From: Armatimonadota bacterium
Lineage (GTDB): Bacteria; Armatimonadota; Armatimonadia; Armatimonadales; Armatimonadaceae
Direction: 5' to 3'
Assembly: GCA_043754515.1 (NCBI GenBank)
Contig: JAYUUO010000022.1
Coordinates: 1-18,622 of the forward strand
DNA length: 18,622 nucleotides
Below, in pieces: positions 1-9,300 of the stretch. Positions within the stretch are counted from its first letter, which is position 1. Each line of letters begins with the position of its first letter. Made by a program: the position numbers and the translations under genes. The notes beneath the pieces were generated by a model, which did no database searches, was not told the origin of the DNA, and saw only the letters and a program-made list of their open reading frames with translations.

Positions 1-990
1 GCGGACGCGCTCGCCCATGCCGACCACGACCCCGACCTCGCGCACGCGATCCATGAATTGCGCACCCTGTGCGCCGCCCCCGAGCCGACGGTGCGGGCGA
101 CGGCGGGGACTGCCTCCGCCGCCCCGCCCGCCCCGCGCAAGATGACCCGCTACCCGTCACGCGTCACGCCGACCTGCGATGAGGAACAAACCCGAGGCGT
201 TTCCTACCTCGCGCCGCTTCGCACTGCGGCGTTCGCGCGTCAGGAGGCGGTCCATCTGCGGTTGACGCGCGGCTACCTTCTGTTCGCGCCGCCGACCGTT
301 GTTGCGGTTGCGGTTATGGCGTGGGGCGCGGGAGGCCCTAAGTGGCCCTTCCTCGCCTACCTCCTCTTCATACTGGTAGCGTGGCATTTGGCATTTCTAT
401 ATCTGGGGTGGGGCGTGAAGCGGCAACGGGACGCACTGGAACTTGAAGTAGGGAAACTACGCGAGGCGGCGCGCGCGGGTAAGGAGCGGGTGGCGCGACT
501 ATCGCGATTGCGGAAACGGCTGGAGGCGACAGTGGTGCCTGAACCGACGGCGGGGGAGGAGGAAGCCTACTTGCGAAATGCGCTTTCCCAGTGCCCCCTT
601 TCCCGCGCCATCGCCGACGCGGGTGTGTCCGCGAACGCCATACGCACGCTCAGGGCGCGGGGGATCGAAACGGCGGCACATTTGTGGCAACGGCATGGCT
701 TCCTGCCATCCGGCACCGACCCGGAGCAGGCGATGATCCTGCGCGACTGGCTGGAGGAAACAGTCAATCGCGAGCGCGGGCGGTTCGTACGCTCTTCTAA
801 CCCGGTCCGAGAGGTGCGGGAGACTCTAGAACGCCTAGCCGCTATGGACACGTTACGCAAGGCGCGTCTCGCGGAATTGGACGCGGAGCGCGACCGGTTC
901 CCCGGCGACTCGCCGGGCGCGTTTCTAGCACGTTGCGCCGCGGTGGCGTCCGTGTCGCGATCAGGGGGCGAGGTACACGCGCCCCGTTGA
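1..990 (+). CDS. 5'-truncated membrane protein with C-terminal helix-hairpin-helix-like region, resembling the C-terminal half of YegI-type (COG4248) kinase/HhH proteins
   Basis: Frame 1 is open from base 1 (ADALAHADHDPDLAHAIHEL...), so the TTG at 58 is probably not the start. Two hydrophobic helices (YLLFAPPTVVAVAVMAWG; WPFLAYLLFILVAWHLAFLYLGW) are followed by a coiled-coil-like stretch. The segment AGVSANAIRTLRARGIETAAHL...ILRDW...ERGRFV matches my recollection of the YegI C-terminal motif (GxGxxxxxxLxxxGIETAAD...DW...ERRF). Confidence 0.55.
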   Translation, partial: ADALAHADHDPDLAHAIHELRTLCAAPEPTVRATAGTASAAPPAPRKMTRYPSRVTPTCDEEQTRGVSYLAPLRTAAFARQEAVHLRLTRGYLLFAPPTVVAVAVMAWGAGGPKWPFLAYLLFILVAWHLAFLYLGWGVKRQRDALELEVGKLREAARAGKERVARLSRLRKRLEATVVPEPTAGEEEAYLRNALSQCPLSRAIADAGVSANAIRTLRARGIETAAHLWQRHGFLPSGTDPEQAMILRDWLEETVNRERGRFVRSSNPVREVRETLERLAAMDTLRKARLAELDAERDRFPGDSPGAFLARCAAVASVSRSGGEVHAPR

Positions 991-995
991 CCGTT

Positions 996-2282
<1,287 letters not shown>

Positions 2283-2393
2283 ACTTTGCGTTTGCTCTCG
2301 CACTGCGGTTGTCGCGCCGAGTACTCCTAATAGTCGCCGTTCGTCGGGTGCTTTCGGGAATATTCCTGACGTCGACGACAATTTCGCGGTGGT

Positions 2394-4457
2394 TTATGGA
2401 CTGGAATCTTTCGCGGCGTTCTCCGGGCGGGTTCGCTTCAAGGCTTCCATCCTGTTTTGCCACTGCCGAAGTAGTTCTTCTTCCGAGTCCCCCCCTTTTC
2501 CTTCTTGCGGCGTAACATCTTTGTTTTGTTTTTCCGCGAGGCTATTCTCCTCAATGCGTTGCGACAGGTCGCGGGCTTGCCGCTTCCCCTGACGCTCCAG
2601 AAGATAGAGAAGGCAGTCGTCAATCGCCTGCAAACTGAGTGGGTCTTCCTCGTCGCCGAGGAGGAGGTAGTCGGCGAAACGCGCGACATCCGGGTTGTCT
2701 ATCGCCGCCCTGTTTATAGCGTCCGCTGGCGTCTCGCCCCCCTTGAGTTGGGGGAGCGCGGAGGCGACCAGCGCGACGGCACGGGCGTCGGAGAAAAGCG
2801 TCGCGCGAACCCTGTCTTGGACGACCTCGGTCCATTCCGGCGAGAACAGGGCGCGTAGCACCGTGCGCTCCGCTTTGGCGTCCGCCGTCGCATCGGGGGC
2901 GATCACCGGGGGCGGCTCCATCGGCGCGTTCCAGCGCTTTGTGTTGTAGCCGTTCGGGAAGGTGCCGCGCCCGCCCCCGTTCTGGCGCGGCGTGTAATTC
3001 GGGGAGTAGCCACCGCTTTGCTGGTTGCTTTGGTTGTAGCCCGAAATCCCTTGCCCGTTCCCCGCGTTGCTCTGGCCGTAGCCCGAGCGCGACGGATTTT
3101 GCGCCGCGTCCGCCGCCGCCCCGGTAAAACGTAAGCGACGCAACTCTCCCCGTAGTGACTCCTCGACATGAACACTGCCACGCTCCCACGACGGGTGGTA
3201 ACGAGCGATTTTCTGTATCAGGCGATCCTGTTCCATAGAGGAGCGCACCTCCGCGATGACACCGAGTGCCTCGCGCATGTACTGTTCGCGCCCATTCGTG
3301 TTGCGGACATCGTGTTTACGGGCGAGGGCTTGCAGGTGAAACTCCGGCACCGATGTCGCCTCGTCAATCGCCCGCTTGAACGCGCCGACGTTGCCCGCCG
3401 TCACTAGCGAGTCCGGGTCCTCGCCATCCGGTAGGTTCAGCACCTTGAGAGAGAACCCGTTCGCGCCCGCCGCCGCGAACAGTTCGGCGGAGCGTAGTGC
3501 CGCCCGTATCCCGGCGTCGTCGGCGTCGAACGACAGCACGACATTCTTCGTGTACCGCCCGAGGAGGCGCACATGCTCGTCGGTGAGGGACGTGCCGAGC
3601 GTCGCGATCACGTTTGTAAAGCCCGCCTGATGGCACGCGACGACGTCCATGTAGCCCTCCACGATAACAGCCTGATCCTTCTCCGCGATCGTTTTGCGCG
3701 CCCGGTTCAGCGCGTACAGGGTCTTAGACTTAGAAAATACCGGCGTTTCCGGCGAGTTGAGGTACTTGGGCGCGTTCTCGGCTGGTTGGAGGATGCGCCC
3801 GCCGAACGCGACGACGCGCTCCTGGACATCAACGATGGGGAAGATCAAGCGGGCGCGGAACCGGTCGTACGCCGAGCCGTCCCCGCGCCGTGTCACCAGC
3901 CCTGCCCGCTCCGCGTCCTCCAGATGAACCCCTTGCGCCACCAGATAGCGCGATAACGCTTCCCACTCCTCGGGGGCGAAGCCGACGCCGAAATCTTCGA
4001 GCGTCTGGTGTGTTAGTTTGCGCTTCTGGTGCGCGTACTCGAAGGCGAGCGGGGCGCGTTTAAGGACTTGCTGATAAAAGCGGGCGGCGAGCGCGTTCGC
4101 ATTCAGGACACGGTCTCGCTCCGTACGGGTTCGGTCGGACGCCTCGCGCTCCGCAGGCGTCGCCCCCTTACGCGAAAGCGTGATACCCGCGCGTGCCGCC
4201 AGCCGCTCAGCCGCCTCGAAGAAGGTCAGGTTCTCGGCCTTCTCCAGGAATGTGAATATGTCGCCGCCGGTGCCGCACGCCCCGAAGCAGACCCACCGCC
4301 CGCGCTCTGGATCCACCGTGAAGGACGGGGTGCGCTCGTTATGAAACGGGCAAAGCCCTTTCCACCGGCTACCGGTCTTTTTCAGCGGCGTGTAGGCGGA
4401 AATCAGTTCCACAATATCGGTCCGTTGCCGGATCGCTTCTTTTTCCTGATCGTCCAC
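2394..4457 (-). CDS. dnaG: DNA primase
   Basis: CHC2 zinc finger GLCPFHNERTPSF...CFGACGTGGD; catalytic core DRFRARLIFPI, AFGGR, PKYLNSPETPVFSK; TOPRIM VEGYMDV, GTSLT, FDADDAG, EDPD. The GTG at 4457 gives a normal N-terminus and avoids overlap with clpP. Confidence 0.96.
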   Translation of the reverse strand: MDDQEKEAIRQRTDIVELISAYTPLKKTGSRWKGLCPFHNERTPSFTVDPERGRWVCFGACGTGGDIFTFLEKAENLTFFEAAERLAARAGITLSRKGATPAEREASDRTRTERDRVLNANALAARFYQQVLKRAPLAFEYAHQKRKLTHQTLEDFGVGFAPEEWEALSRYLVAQGVHLEDAERAGLVTRRGDGSAYDRFRARLIFPIVDVQERVVAFGGRILQPAENAPKYLNSPETPVFSKSKTLYALNRARKTIAEKDQAVIVEGYMDVVACHQAGFTNVIATLGTSLTDEHVRLLGRYTKNVVLSFDADDAGIRAALRSAELFAAAGANGFSLKVLNLPDGEDPDSLVTAGNVGAFKRAIDEATSVPEFHLQALARKHDVRNTNGREQYMREALGVIAEVRSSMEQDRLIQKIARYHPSWERGSVHVEESLRGELRRLRFTGAAADAAQNPSRSGYGQSNAGNGQGISGYNQSNQQSGGYSPNYTPRQNGGGRGTFPNGYNTKRWNAPMEPPPVIAPDATADAKAERTVLRALFSPEWTEVVQDRVRATLFSDARAVALVASALPQLKGGETPADAINRAAIDNPDVARFADYLLLGDEEDPLSLQAIDDCLLYLLERQGKRQARDLSQRIEENSLAEKQNKDVTPQEGKGGDSEEELLRQWQNRMEALKRTRPENAAKDSSP

Positions 4458-4464
4458 GATAAAC

Positions 4465-4470
4465 AGTGTA
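4465..4470 (-). promoter_or_regulatory. Putative -10 element (TACACT) 7 nt upstream of the dnaG GTG; leaderless-type arrangement
   Basis: Minus strand reads TACACT-gtttatc-GTG. No clear -35 element. Confidence 0.45.
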
Positions 4471-4512
4471 CCCCATCCGGCGGGGGCCACCGTGTCCGCG
4501 CCCGGACGGGGA

Positions 4513-5100
4513 CTACCGCTTCTCGCGCGACAGCACCGAGTCCACCAAACCATACGCGACCGCCTCGTCCGCGCTCAGGAAGAAGTCGCGCTGGATGTCG
4601 CTCTTGATACGGTCGAAGTCCTGGCCAGTGTGGAGTTGCAGAATGCTCGCCACTTCGTCGTTCGATTTCAGGACTTCGCGCGCCTGAATCTCGATGTCAA
4701 GCGCGGTGCCCTGGAACCCGGAGGACGCCTGATGGATCATAATACGTGAGTGGGGAAGCGAGTAGCGCTTGCCCTTTGCACCGCCCGCAAGCAAAACCGC
4801 GCCCATCGAAGCCGCCATGCCGACGCAGATCGTGGAAACGTCGCACTTGATCGTCTGCATCGTGTCGTAGATCGCCAGGCCCGCGTAGACGGAGCCGCCC
4901 GGTGAGTTGATGTACATATCAATGTCCCGGTCGGGGTCGTCCTTTTCCAGGAACAGCAGTTCGGCGACGATCAAGTTCGCTATGTGATCGTCCACCGCCT
5001 CGCCCAAAAAAATAATCCGGTCTTTGAGTAGCCGCGAGAATATATCATATGCTCGCTCGCCGCGCGCCGACTGCTCAACCACCATCGGAACCATTGCCAT
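4513..5100 (-). CDS. clpP: ATP-dependent Clp protease proteolytic subunit
   Basis: [36 protein letters not shown]; catalytic triad motifs GMAASMG (Ser), MIHQ (His), RDFF (Asp). SD AGGAG upstream. Confidence 0.98.
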   Translation of the reverse strand: MAMVPMVVEQSARGERAYDIFSRLLKDRIIFLGEAVDDHIANLIVAELLFLEKDDPDRDIDMYINSPGGSVYAGLAIYDTMQTIKCDVSTICVGMAASMGAVLLAGGAKGKRYSLPHSRIMIHQASSGFQGTALDIEIQAREVLKSNDEVASILQLHTGQDFDRIKSDIQRDFFLSADEAVAYGLVDSVLSREKR

Positions 5101-5127
5101 TTTTCGCTCCTAACCCGTTCTGCGCCT

Positions 5128-5133
5128 ATTATA
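5128..5133 (-). promoter_or_regulatory. Putative -10 element (TATAAT) for clpP
   Basis: Perfect TATAAT 27 nt upstream of the clpP ATG, immediately after the tig terminator. No recognisable -35. Confidence 0.5.
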
Positions 5134-5137
5134 CGAC

Positions 5138-5162
5138 AAAAGGACGCGTCGCCGCGTCCTTT
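5138..5162 (-). terminator. Intrinsic terminator after tig (possibly bidirectional)
   Basis: Minus strand AAAGGACGCG-gcga-CGCGTCCTTTT: perfect stem, GNRA-type loop, short U-tract; about 25 nt after the tig stop. Confidence 0.7.
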
Positions 5163-5187
5163 CGATCCTGGCACTACCCTTAGTTTC

Positions 5188-6774
5188 CTACGCGCCGGCG
5201 TCGTTCGGTGCGCCGGTCGGCTCTTCCGCGACGGCCTCTTCTCCCGCGGCGGCGTCAGCGATGTCGGCTTTGCGGCTGCGCCGCTTCGGAGCCGCCGATT
5301 CCAGGGCGAGCGGTTCGGCGGCGGCGGACAGTTCCATACCCTCGTTATCCGCCGCCTCGACCGCCGCTTCACCCGCCTGAGCCACCGAAAGGCCCGCCGC
5401 CGCCGCCGCGTTCTCCTGGTCGGCGCGGGCTTCCGCCTCTTCCTCGGCTTCGAGTGCCTCGGCTTCCTCACCCGTCAGAGTACGCTCCGTGAGAATTGAG
5501 ACTTCTTTCAGATAGCTCAGGATCTTGCGGGTGAGTGCCTGATCCTTAAACTGCGTCATCCGGTCGTTCTTCTCGATAAAGGCGCGCATGGCGGCAATGG
5601 ATGTTTTGCGCCGTTCCGCCTCTTCGGCGATGCGCGCATCAACGTCGGCATCCTCGACCGTTATACCCTCGGCGCGGGCGACCTCGGCGAGCACCAGCGA
5701 GTTGCGGATGCGTTGCGCGGCGGCGAGTGCCATCTCCTGCCCGATCTGGTCGCGCGTCTTGCCGGTTTGTTGCAGGTACTGATCCACGCTCAGGTTGCTC
5801 TTCTTGAGCTGCTCGTCGAGTTGCTGAGCGTCCACCTGCATTTCGGCGCGGAGCAATACTTCCGGGAAATTGATCTGCGAGTTGCGAGCGATAGCACCGA
5901 CGAGGCGGAACTCAAGTTCACTGTCCGCCATCTGCTCGGCGGCTTTGTCTAGGGCTTCGGTCAGCGCGGTTTTGAGTTCGGCGGCATCTTTAGCGGACGG
6001 GTGAACCTTGGTCACGAACTCCTCGTTTAGTTCAGGGAGGTGCTTCTCGCGCAGTTCCTTGACCGTGACGGTGAACGTCGCGCGTTTGCCGCGCATCTCC
6101 TCGTCCGCAAAATCCTCGGGATATAGGGCGTCAATGGTCTTGGTTTCGCCGACCGTCATCCCGGTCAGGCCGTTGTCGAAGTCGGCGATATTCTTGCCGA
6201 TTTCTATCACCGTGGTGCGCGGGAGTGCCATGTCCGGCGACTCCTGGCCTTCCACGAACGCCATCAGGTCGGCGAGCGCGACGTCACCCGACTGCGCGCC
6301 ACGATCCGTGACTTCGGGGTACTCGGCGTAGCGGGCGCGCAACTCCTCGATCTGATCGTCCACGTCCTTCTCGGAAACCAGGAGACGGCGCTTCTCGAGT
6401 GCGAGTGCCTTGTACGGCCCGAGCGTGACCACGGGGCGCAGGGGGACGTAGGCGCGGAAGACGAAGGGACCTTCCGGCTCCATAGAGACGTATTCGAGTT
6501 CGGCTTGCGCGAACGGCTCGACGCCGGTTTCGGCGACAGCCAGTTTGTAGTTCGGCTCGGAGAGTTGTTCGGCGGCTTCCTGCGCGACGCGGGCGGGGTC
6601 AATATAGTTCCGCGCCATCGCCAGGGGGACTTTGCCCTTCCGGAAGCCGGGAATCTGAACGGTTCGCGCGAACTTCGCGTACGCTTTTTCCTTGGCGGCG
6701 GAAACGACTTCCGTCTCCACGGTCACGGTCAGCGCGATTTTACAAGGGTTGATCTGCTCGGTAGCCACCTGCAT
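5188..6774 (-). CDS. tig: Trigger factor
   Basis: Ribosome-binding motif IPGFRKGKVP, FKBP-like middle domain (GMTVGETKTI...YPEDF...GKRATFTVTVKEL), C-terminal helical domain, then an Ala/Glu-rich tail. ATG 6774 (MQVATEQI) is the typical start. Adjacent to clpP. Confidence 0.95.
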   Translation of the reverse strand: MQVATEQINPCKIALTVTVETEVVSAAKEKAYAKFARTVQIPGFRKGKVPLAMARNYIDPARVAQEAAEQLSEPNYKLAVAETGVEPFAQAELEYVSMEPEGPFVFRAYVPLRPVVTLGPYKALALEKRRLLVSEKDVDDQIEELRARYAEYPEVTDRGAQSGDVALADLMAFVEGQESPDMALPRTTVIEIGKNIADFDNGLTGMTVGETKTIDALYPEDFADEEMRGKRATFTVTVKELREKHLPELNEEFVTKVHPSAKDAAELKTALTEALDKAAEQMADSELEFRLVGAIARNSQINFPEVLLRAEMQVDAQQLDEQLKKSNLSVDQYLQQTGKTRDQIGQEMALAAAQRIRNSLVLAEVARAEGITVEDADVDARIAEEAERRKTSIAAMRAFIEKNDRMTQFKDQALTRKILSYLKEVSILTERTLTGEEAEALEAEEEAEARADQENAAAAAGLSVAQAGEAAVEAADNEGMELSAAAEPLALESAAPKRRSRKADIADAAAGEEAVAEEPTGAPNDAGA

Positions 6775-6840
6775 AGGGGTGAAAAACTTTCTGCTGCGTT
6801 GAATTTTCGCTTTGAAGCGGGCCACGCCTGATGACCGGAC

Positions 6841-6900
6841 ACAAAAAAAGGACACCGTAACGCCGCGCGTTGGCTTGGCGACCGGTGTCCTGATTTTTGT
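6841..6900 (-). terminator. Terminator-like hairpin downstream of the tRNA pair
   Basis: Minus strand AGGACACCG...CGGTGTCC followed by a run of seven T; flanks ACAAAAA/TTTTTGT extend the dyad. Confidence 0.65.
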
Positions 6901-6907
6901 TCTTCAG

Positions 6908-6979
6908 AGCGGGAAACGAGATTCGAACTCGCGACCCCTTCCTTGGCAAGGAAGTGCTCTACCACTGAGCTATTCCCGC
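6908..6979 (-). tRNA. tRNA-Gly (anticodon GCC), CCA not encoded
   Basis: GCGGGAATAGCTCAGTGGTAGAGCACTTCCTTGCCAAGGAAGGGGTCGCGAGTTCGAATCTCGTTTCCCGCT folds into a complete cloverleaf with anticodon loop TTGCCAA and U73 discriminator. Confidence 0.97.
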
Positions 6980-7014
6980 GTAACCACACCGCGATACCGC
7001 CGGATGTCCGGCAG

Positions 7015-7096
7015 TGGGCAAGAGGGGACTTGAACCCCTACGCCGTAAGGCACTAGATCCTAAGTCTAGCGTGTCTGCCAATTTCACCACTCGCCC
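7015..7096 (-). tRNA. tRNA-Leu (anticodon TAG), CCA not encoded
   Basis: GGGCGAGTGGTGAAATTGGCAGACACGCTAGACTTAGGATCTAGTGCCTTACGGCGTAGGGGTTCAAGTCCCCTCTTGCCCA: cloverleaf with long variable arm, anticodon loop CTTAGGA, A73. Confidence 0.97.
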
Positions 7097-7123
7097 GCGG
7101 CGACGAACCAGCCGACGACGCTT

Positions 7124-7152
7124 GTTATAGCACGCCGGACGCCGTTTGTCAA
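7124..7152 (-). promoter_or_regulatory. Strong sigma70-type promoter for the tRNA pair
   Basis: TTGACA (7147-7152), 17-nt spacer, TATAAC (7124-7129) with extended -10 TG. Confidence 0.88.
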
Positions 7153-7167
7153 GATGAACGCCGAAAG

Positions 7168-7201
7168 AAAAAGACGCGCCACCCCCCGGAGGAGGTGGCG
7201 C
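7168..7201 (-). terminator. Intrinsic terminator closing the pilin-like gene block
   Basis: Minus strand GCGCCACC...GGTGGCGC stem followed by GTCTTTTTCTTT, about 75 nt after the pilX-like stop. Confidence 0.7.
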
Positions 7202-7275
7202 ACGGGATCGCACTTTATTTGAAGCACGCCAACATCCATATCGGACCCGTCACCGACGCGGTCATCCGGGCGAGC

Positions 7276-9270
7276 TTATGGCTGTAACGTCGTCTGCACT
7301 CGCTGGTACGAAATCATTTCGTACGCCTGCCCGGTACCGGGGAAGAACGGCGGCGGCTGATTGGCGACCCGCTTATCATAGTTGAGGATGCGCTGATACC
7401 CTGTCAGCATATTCAGGGCGTCGATTCCCGTCCCTCCCACCGTCTGCCCAAACTGCGTTCCCACCTGCGCGATGTAACCACCGAGCATGTGGAAGTCGCC
7501 CGGCGGTCTACCGGTAAAGTTGTTCACGTTGATTGTGTTGTATGCCATCAGCGTACTGTGTATAGACAGGTTACCGATTGTAGCACCGTCCTTGTACTCG
7601 CCTTCATGTATTGTATTCGCTGCATTGTTCGGGTCGGGGATCAATTGGCGGCTCGCGAAACCGGTCACAGTCGGCTCGATGACCCGCGCCTTTTCGACCA
7701 CATGGATATAACCAGCGACCATCCCGAGTACGCCGGAGTCTACCGGGGCGGCGGTGGCGTTGATGTCCGCGTTCGCATACAGGATGTTGCCATCTATGTG
7801 GATCGTCTTCTGGTTCCCACTCCAAGGAGTTCCCTCGACGCGGGTACACAACGTCATCTTTCGTAGCGCGGACGGTGCGCCGGGCACGACCGGGTCGCTG
7901 TTTGCTATCGTCCCCGATACCCCGCCCGATTGCGAGCCCCAATCCCCGATGTCGTCGTAGGAGTACACCATCCCGTTAGGCGAGCCCGTGTAAGATTTGG
8001 GGTAGCCCGCGTCGACGGTGGAGGAGAATGTGTTGGCGGGCTGGCCGTTCACATGGCTATAACGATTGAGCGAAGTCATCCCATCAGCATTGACGCGTAC
8101 CACATACTTTGTGTTAGGTGCGCCGGTACCCCCACCACCCTGGTAGACGTTTATTATCTGATCCCGGTTACCGCTCCCTGCCACTTCCAGTACCATACTG
8201 TTCACCTGACCTCGTATATATATGCCGCCGACTGGAACCCCCGCGCTAGCGTTCGGTCCGCTTGAGGAGGGGATGTAAACGCCATCACTGGGGTAGCTGG
8301 TCTCCAGGATGCCGCCGAGCGCGGCGTCGCGCTGGTCGTGCGAGGTGGTCGGCATCGTGACCCTATCGTTGACCATGACGGGACCTTTGCGCGGCACGCC
8401 CGAGGTGCTATTCGGCGTCAGTATCTGCTTCCAGTCAGCGTCCGATGTCGGTGCCGCGTTGCTCGCGTAGGCGTCTTTGTGCCATTTCACCGTGTTATTG
8501 TTGGCATTAGTATTACTCCACATCGTGAACGTGTTGTCACCGTCCCACTGAAACAGTCGGCTTGTGCTGGGGTTCGAAGTGCTGTCCCAGATCACATCCA
8601 GGTTGGCGTGGTTCGAGTTATTGATGTGTACGGGGCCGTTAAAGAATGTGTGGCCCGCCACGTATATGCCGGGTCCCAGGTTATCGGTGAAGTAGGCGTA
8701 CTGCGCGAAGTTCTTCTGGCGGATGTCCATCCGCACTATCCGTGTCTGCCCGTTGAACACGCCGACCGACTCGATCATGTAGGAGCGTTGTGCCGCCACC
8801 GCGTTGTCGGAGTGCGGGTAGAATCGTACCTTGTACTGTCCCTGTGTGGAATCCCCTGGGGAGGGGAAATTGACGGTGGTCCACTTGCCGCTGTCGGACG
8901 GACCGCTCCCCTGATAGAACTGGCCGGGAGTCACTTCGAGAGGGGTGAACGCCGCCGTCTGAATGGGCGGGCCTGATAGATCGGTCACCCATTGTACGGC
9001 GGCGCGCACGCCAGTGTCCGCGAGGTTCTCCGCCCGCATGACATCGAGATGCTGTTGCGACATCTTCATGGTGTTGCCGGAGGTGGCGGCGAGGTTGCCG
9101 TCCGATTTGCCACTCACGCGTACGAAGCCTATCAGGCTGCCGGCTAGCAGGAGCATTAGAACGAGCATCACGGCGACGAGTGCCATGGCGTGTTGGCTCC
9201 GGGCGCGGCGCACGCATGAGCGCGGCGTCTCGATCTCGGCCTTGGATGCGACTGGGTTAGTTTGATTCAT
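7276..9270 (-). CDS. Large PilX/GspK-like minor pilin (DUF4900-like appearance)
   Basis: Basic leader RRARSQHA, then MALVAVMLVLMLLLAG with no Glu5, as in PilX/GspK; PilX-N helix RAENLADTGV; later YMIESVG..NGQTRIV, FAQYAYFTD, FFNGPVHIN and C-terminal GYQRILNYDKR...PPPFFP. ATG 9270 is preceded by AAGGA at 8 nt. Confidence 0.75.
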   Translation of the reverse strand: MNQTNPVASKAEIETPRSCVRRARSQHAMALVAVMLVLMLLLAGSLIGFVRVSGKSDGNLAATSGNTMKMSQQHLDVMRAENLADTGVRAAVQWVTDLSGPPIQTAAFTPLEVTPGQFYQGSGPSDSGKWTTVNFPSPGDSTQGQYKVRFYPHSDNAVAAQRSYMIESVGVFNGQTRIVRMDIRQKNFAQYAYFTDNLGPGIYVAGHTFFNGPVHINNSNHANLDVIWDSTSNPSTSRLFQWDGDNTFTMWSNTNANNNTVKWHKDAYASNAAPTSDADWKQILTPNSTSGVPRKGPVMVNDRVTMPTTSHDQRDAALGGILETSYPSDGVYIPSSSGPNASAGVPVGGIYIRGQVNSMVLEVAGSGNRDQIINVYQGGGGTGAPNTKYVVRVNADGMTSLNRYSHVNGQPANTFSSTVDAGYPKSYTGSPNGMVYSYDDIGDWGSQSGGVSGTIANSDPVVPGAPSALRKMTLCTRVEGTPWSGNQKTIHIDGNILYANADINATAAPVDSGVLGMVAGYIHVVEKARVIEPTVTGFASRQLIPDPNNAANTIHEGEYKDGATIGNLSIHSTLMAYNTINVNNFTGRPPGDFHMLGGYIAQVGTQFGQTVGGTGIDALNMLTGYQRILNYDKRVANQPPPFFPGTGQAYEMISYQRVQTTLQP

Positions 9271-9300
9271 CTGCAATTTCCTTTCCGATCCGGGTTCTGT

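Noticed and set aside
2394..4457. Intein as the cause of the extended DnaG length
   Set aside because: No C/S...HN splice motifs or LAGLIDADG blocks; the extra length is the low-complexity linker.
4458..4553. N-terminal extension of DnaG
   Set aside because: It overlaps the clpP 3' end and has no primase-like character.
6775..6855. N-terminal extension of trigger factor
   Set aside because: It starts inside the terminator-like hairpin; MQV at 6774 is the typical start.
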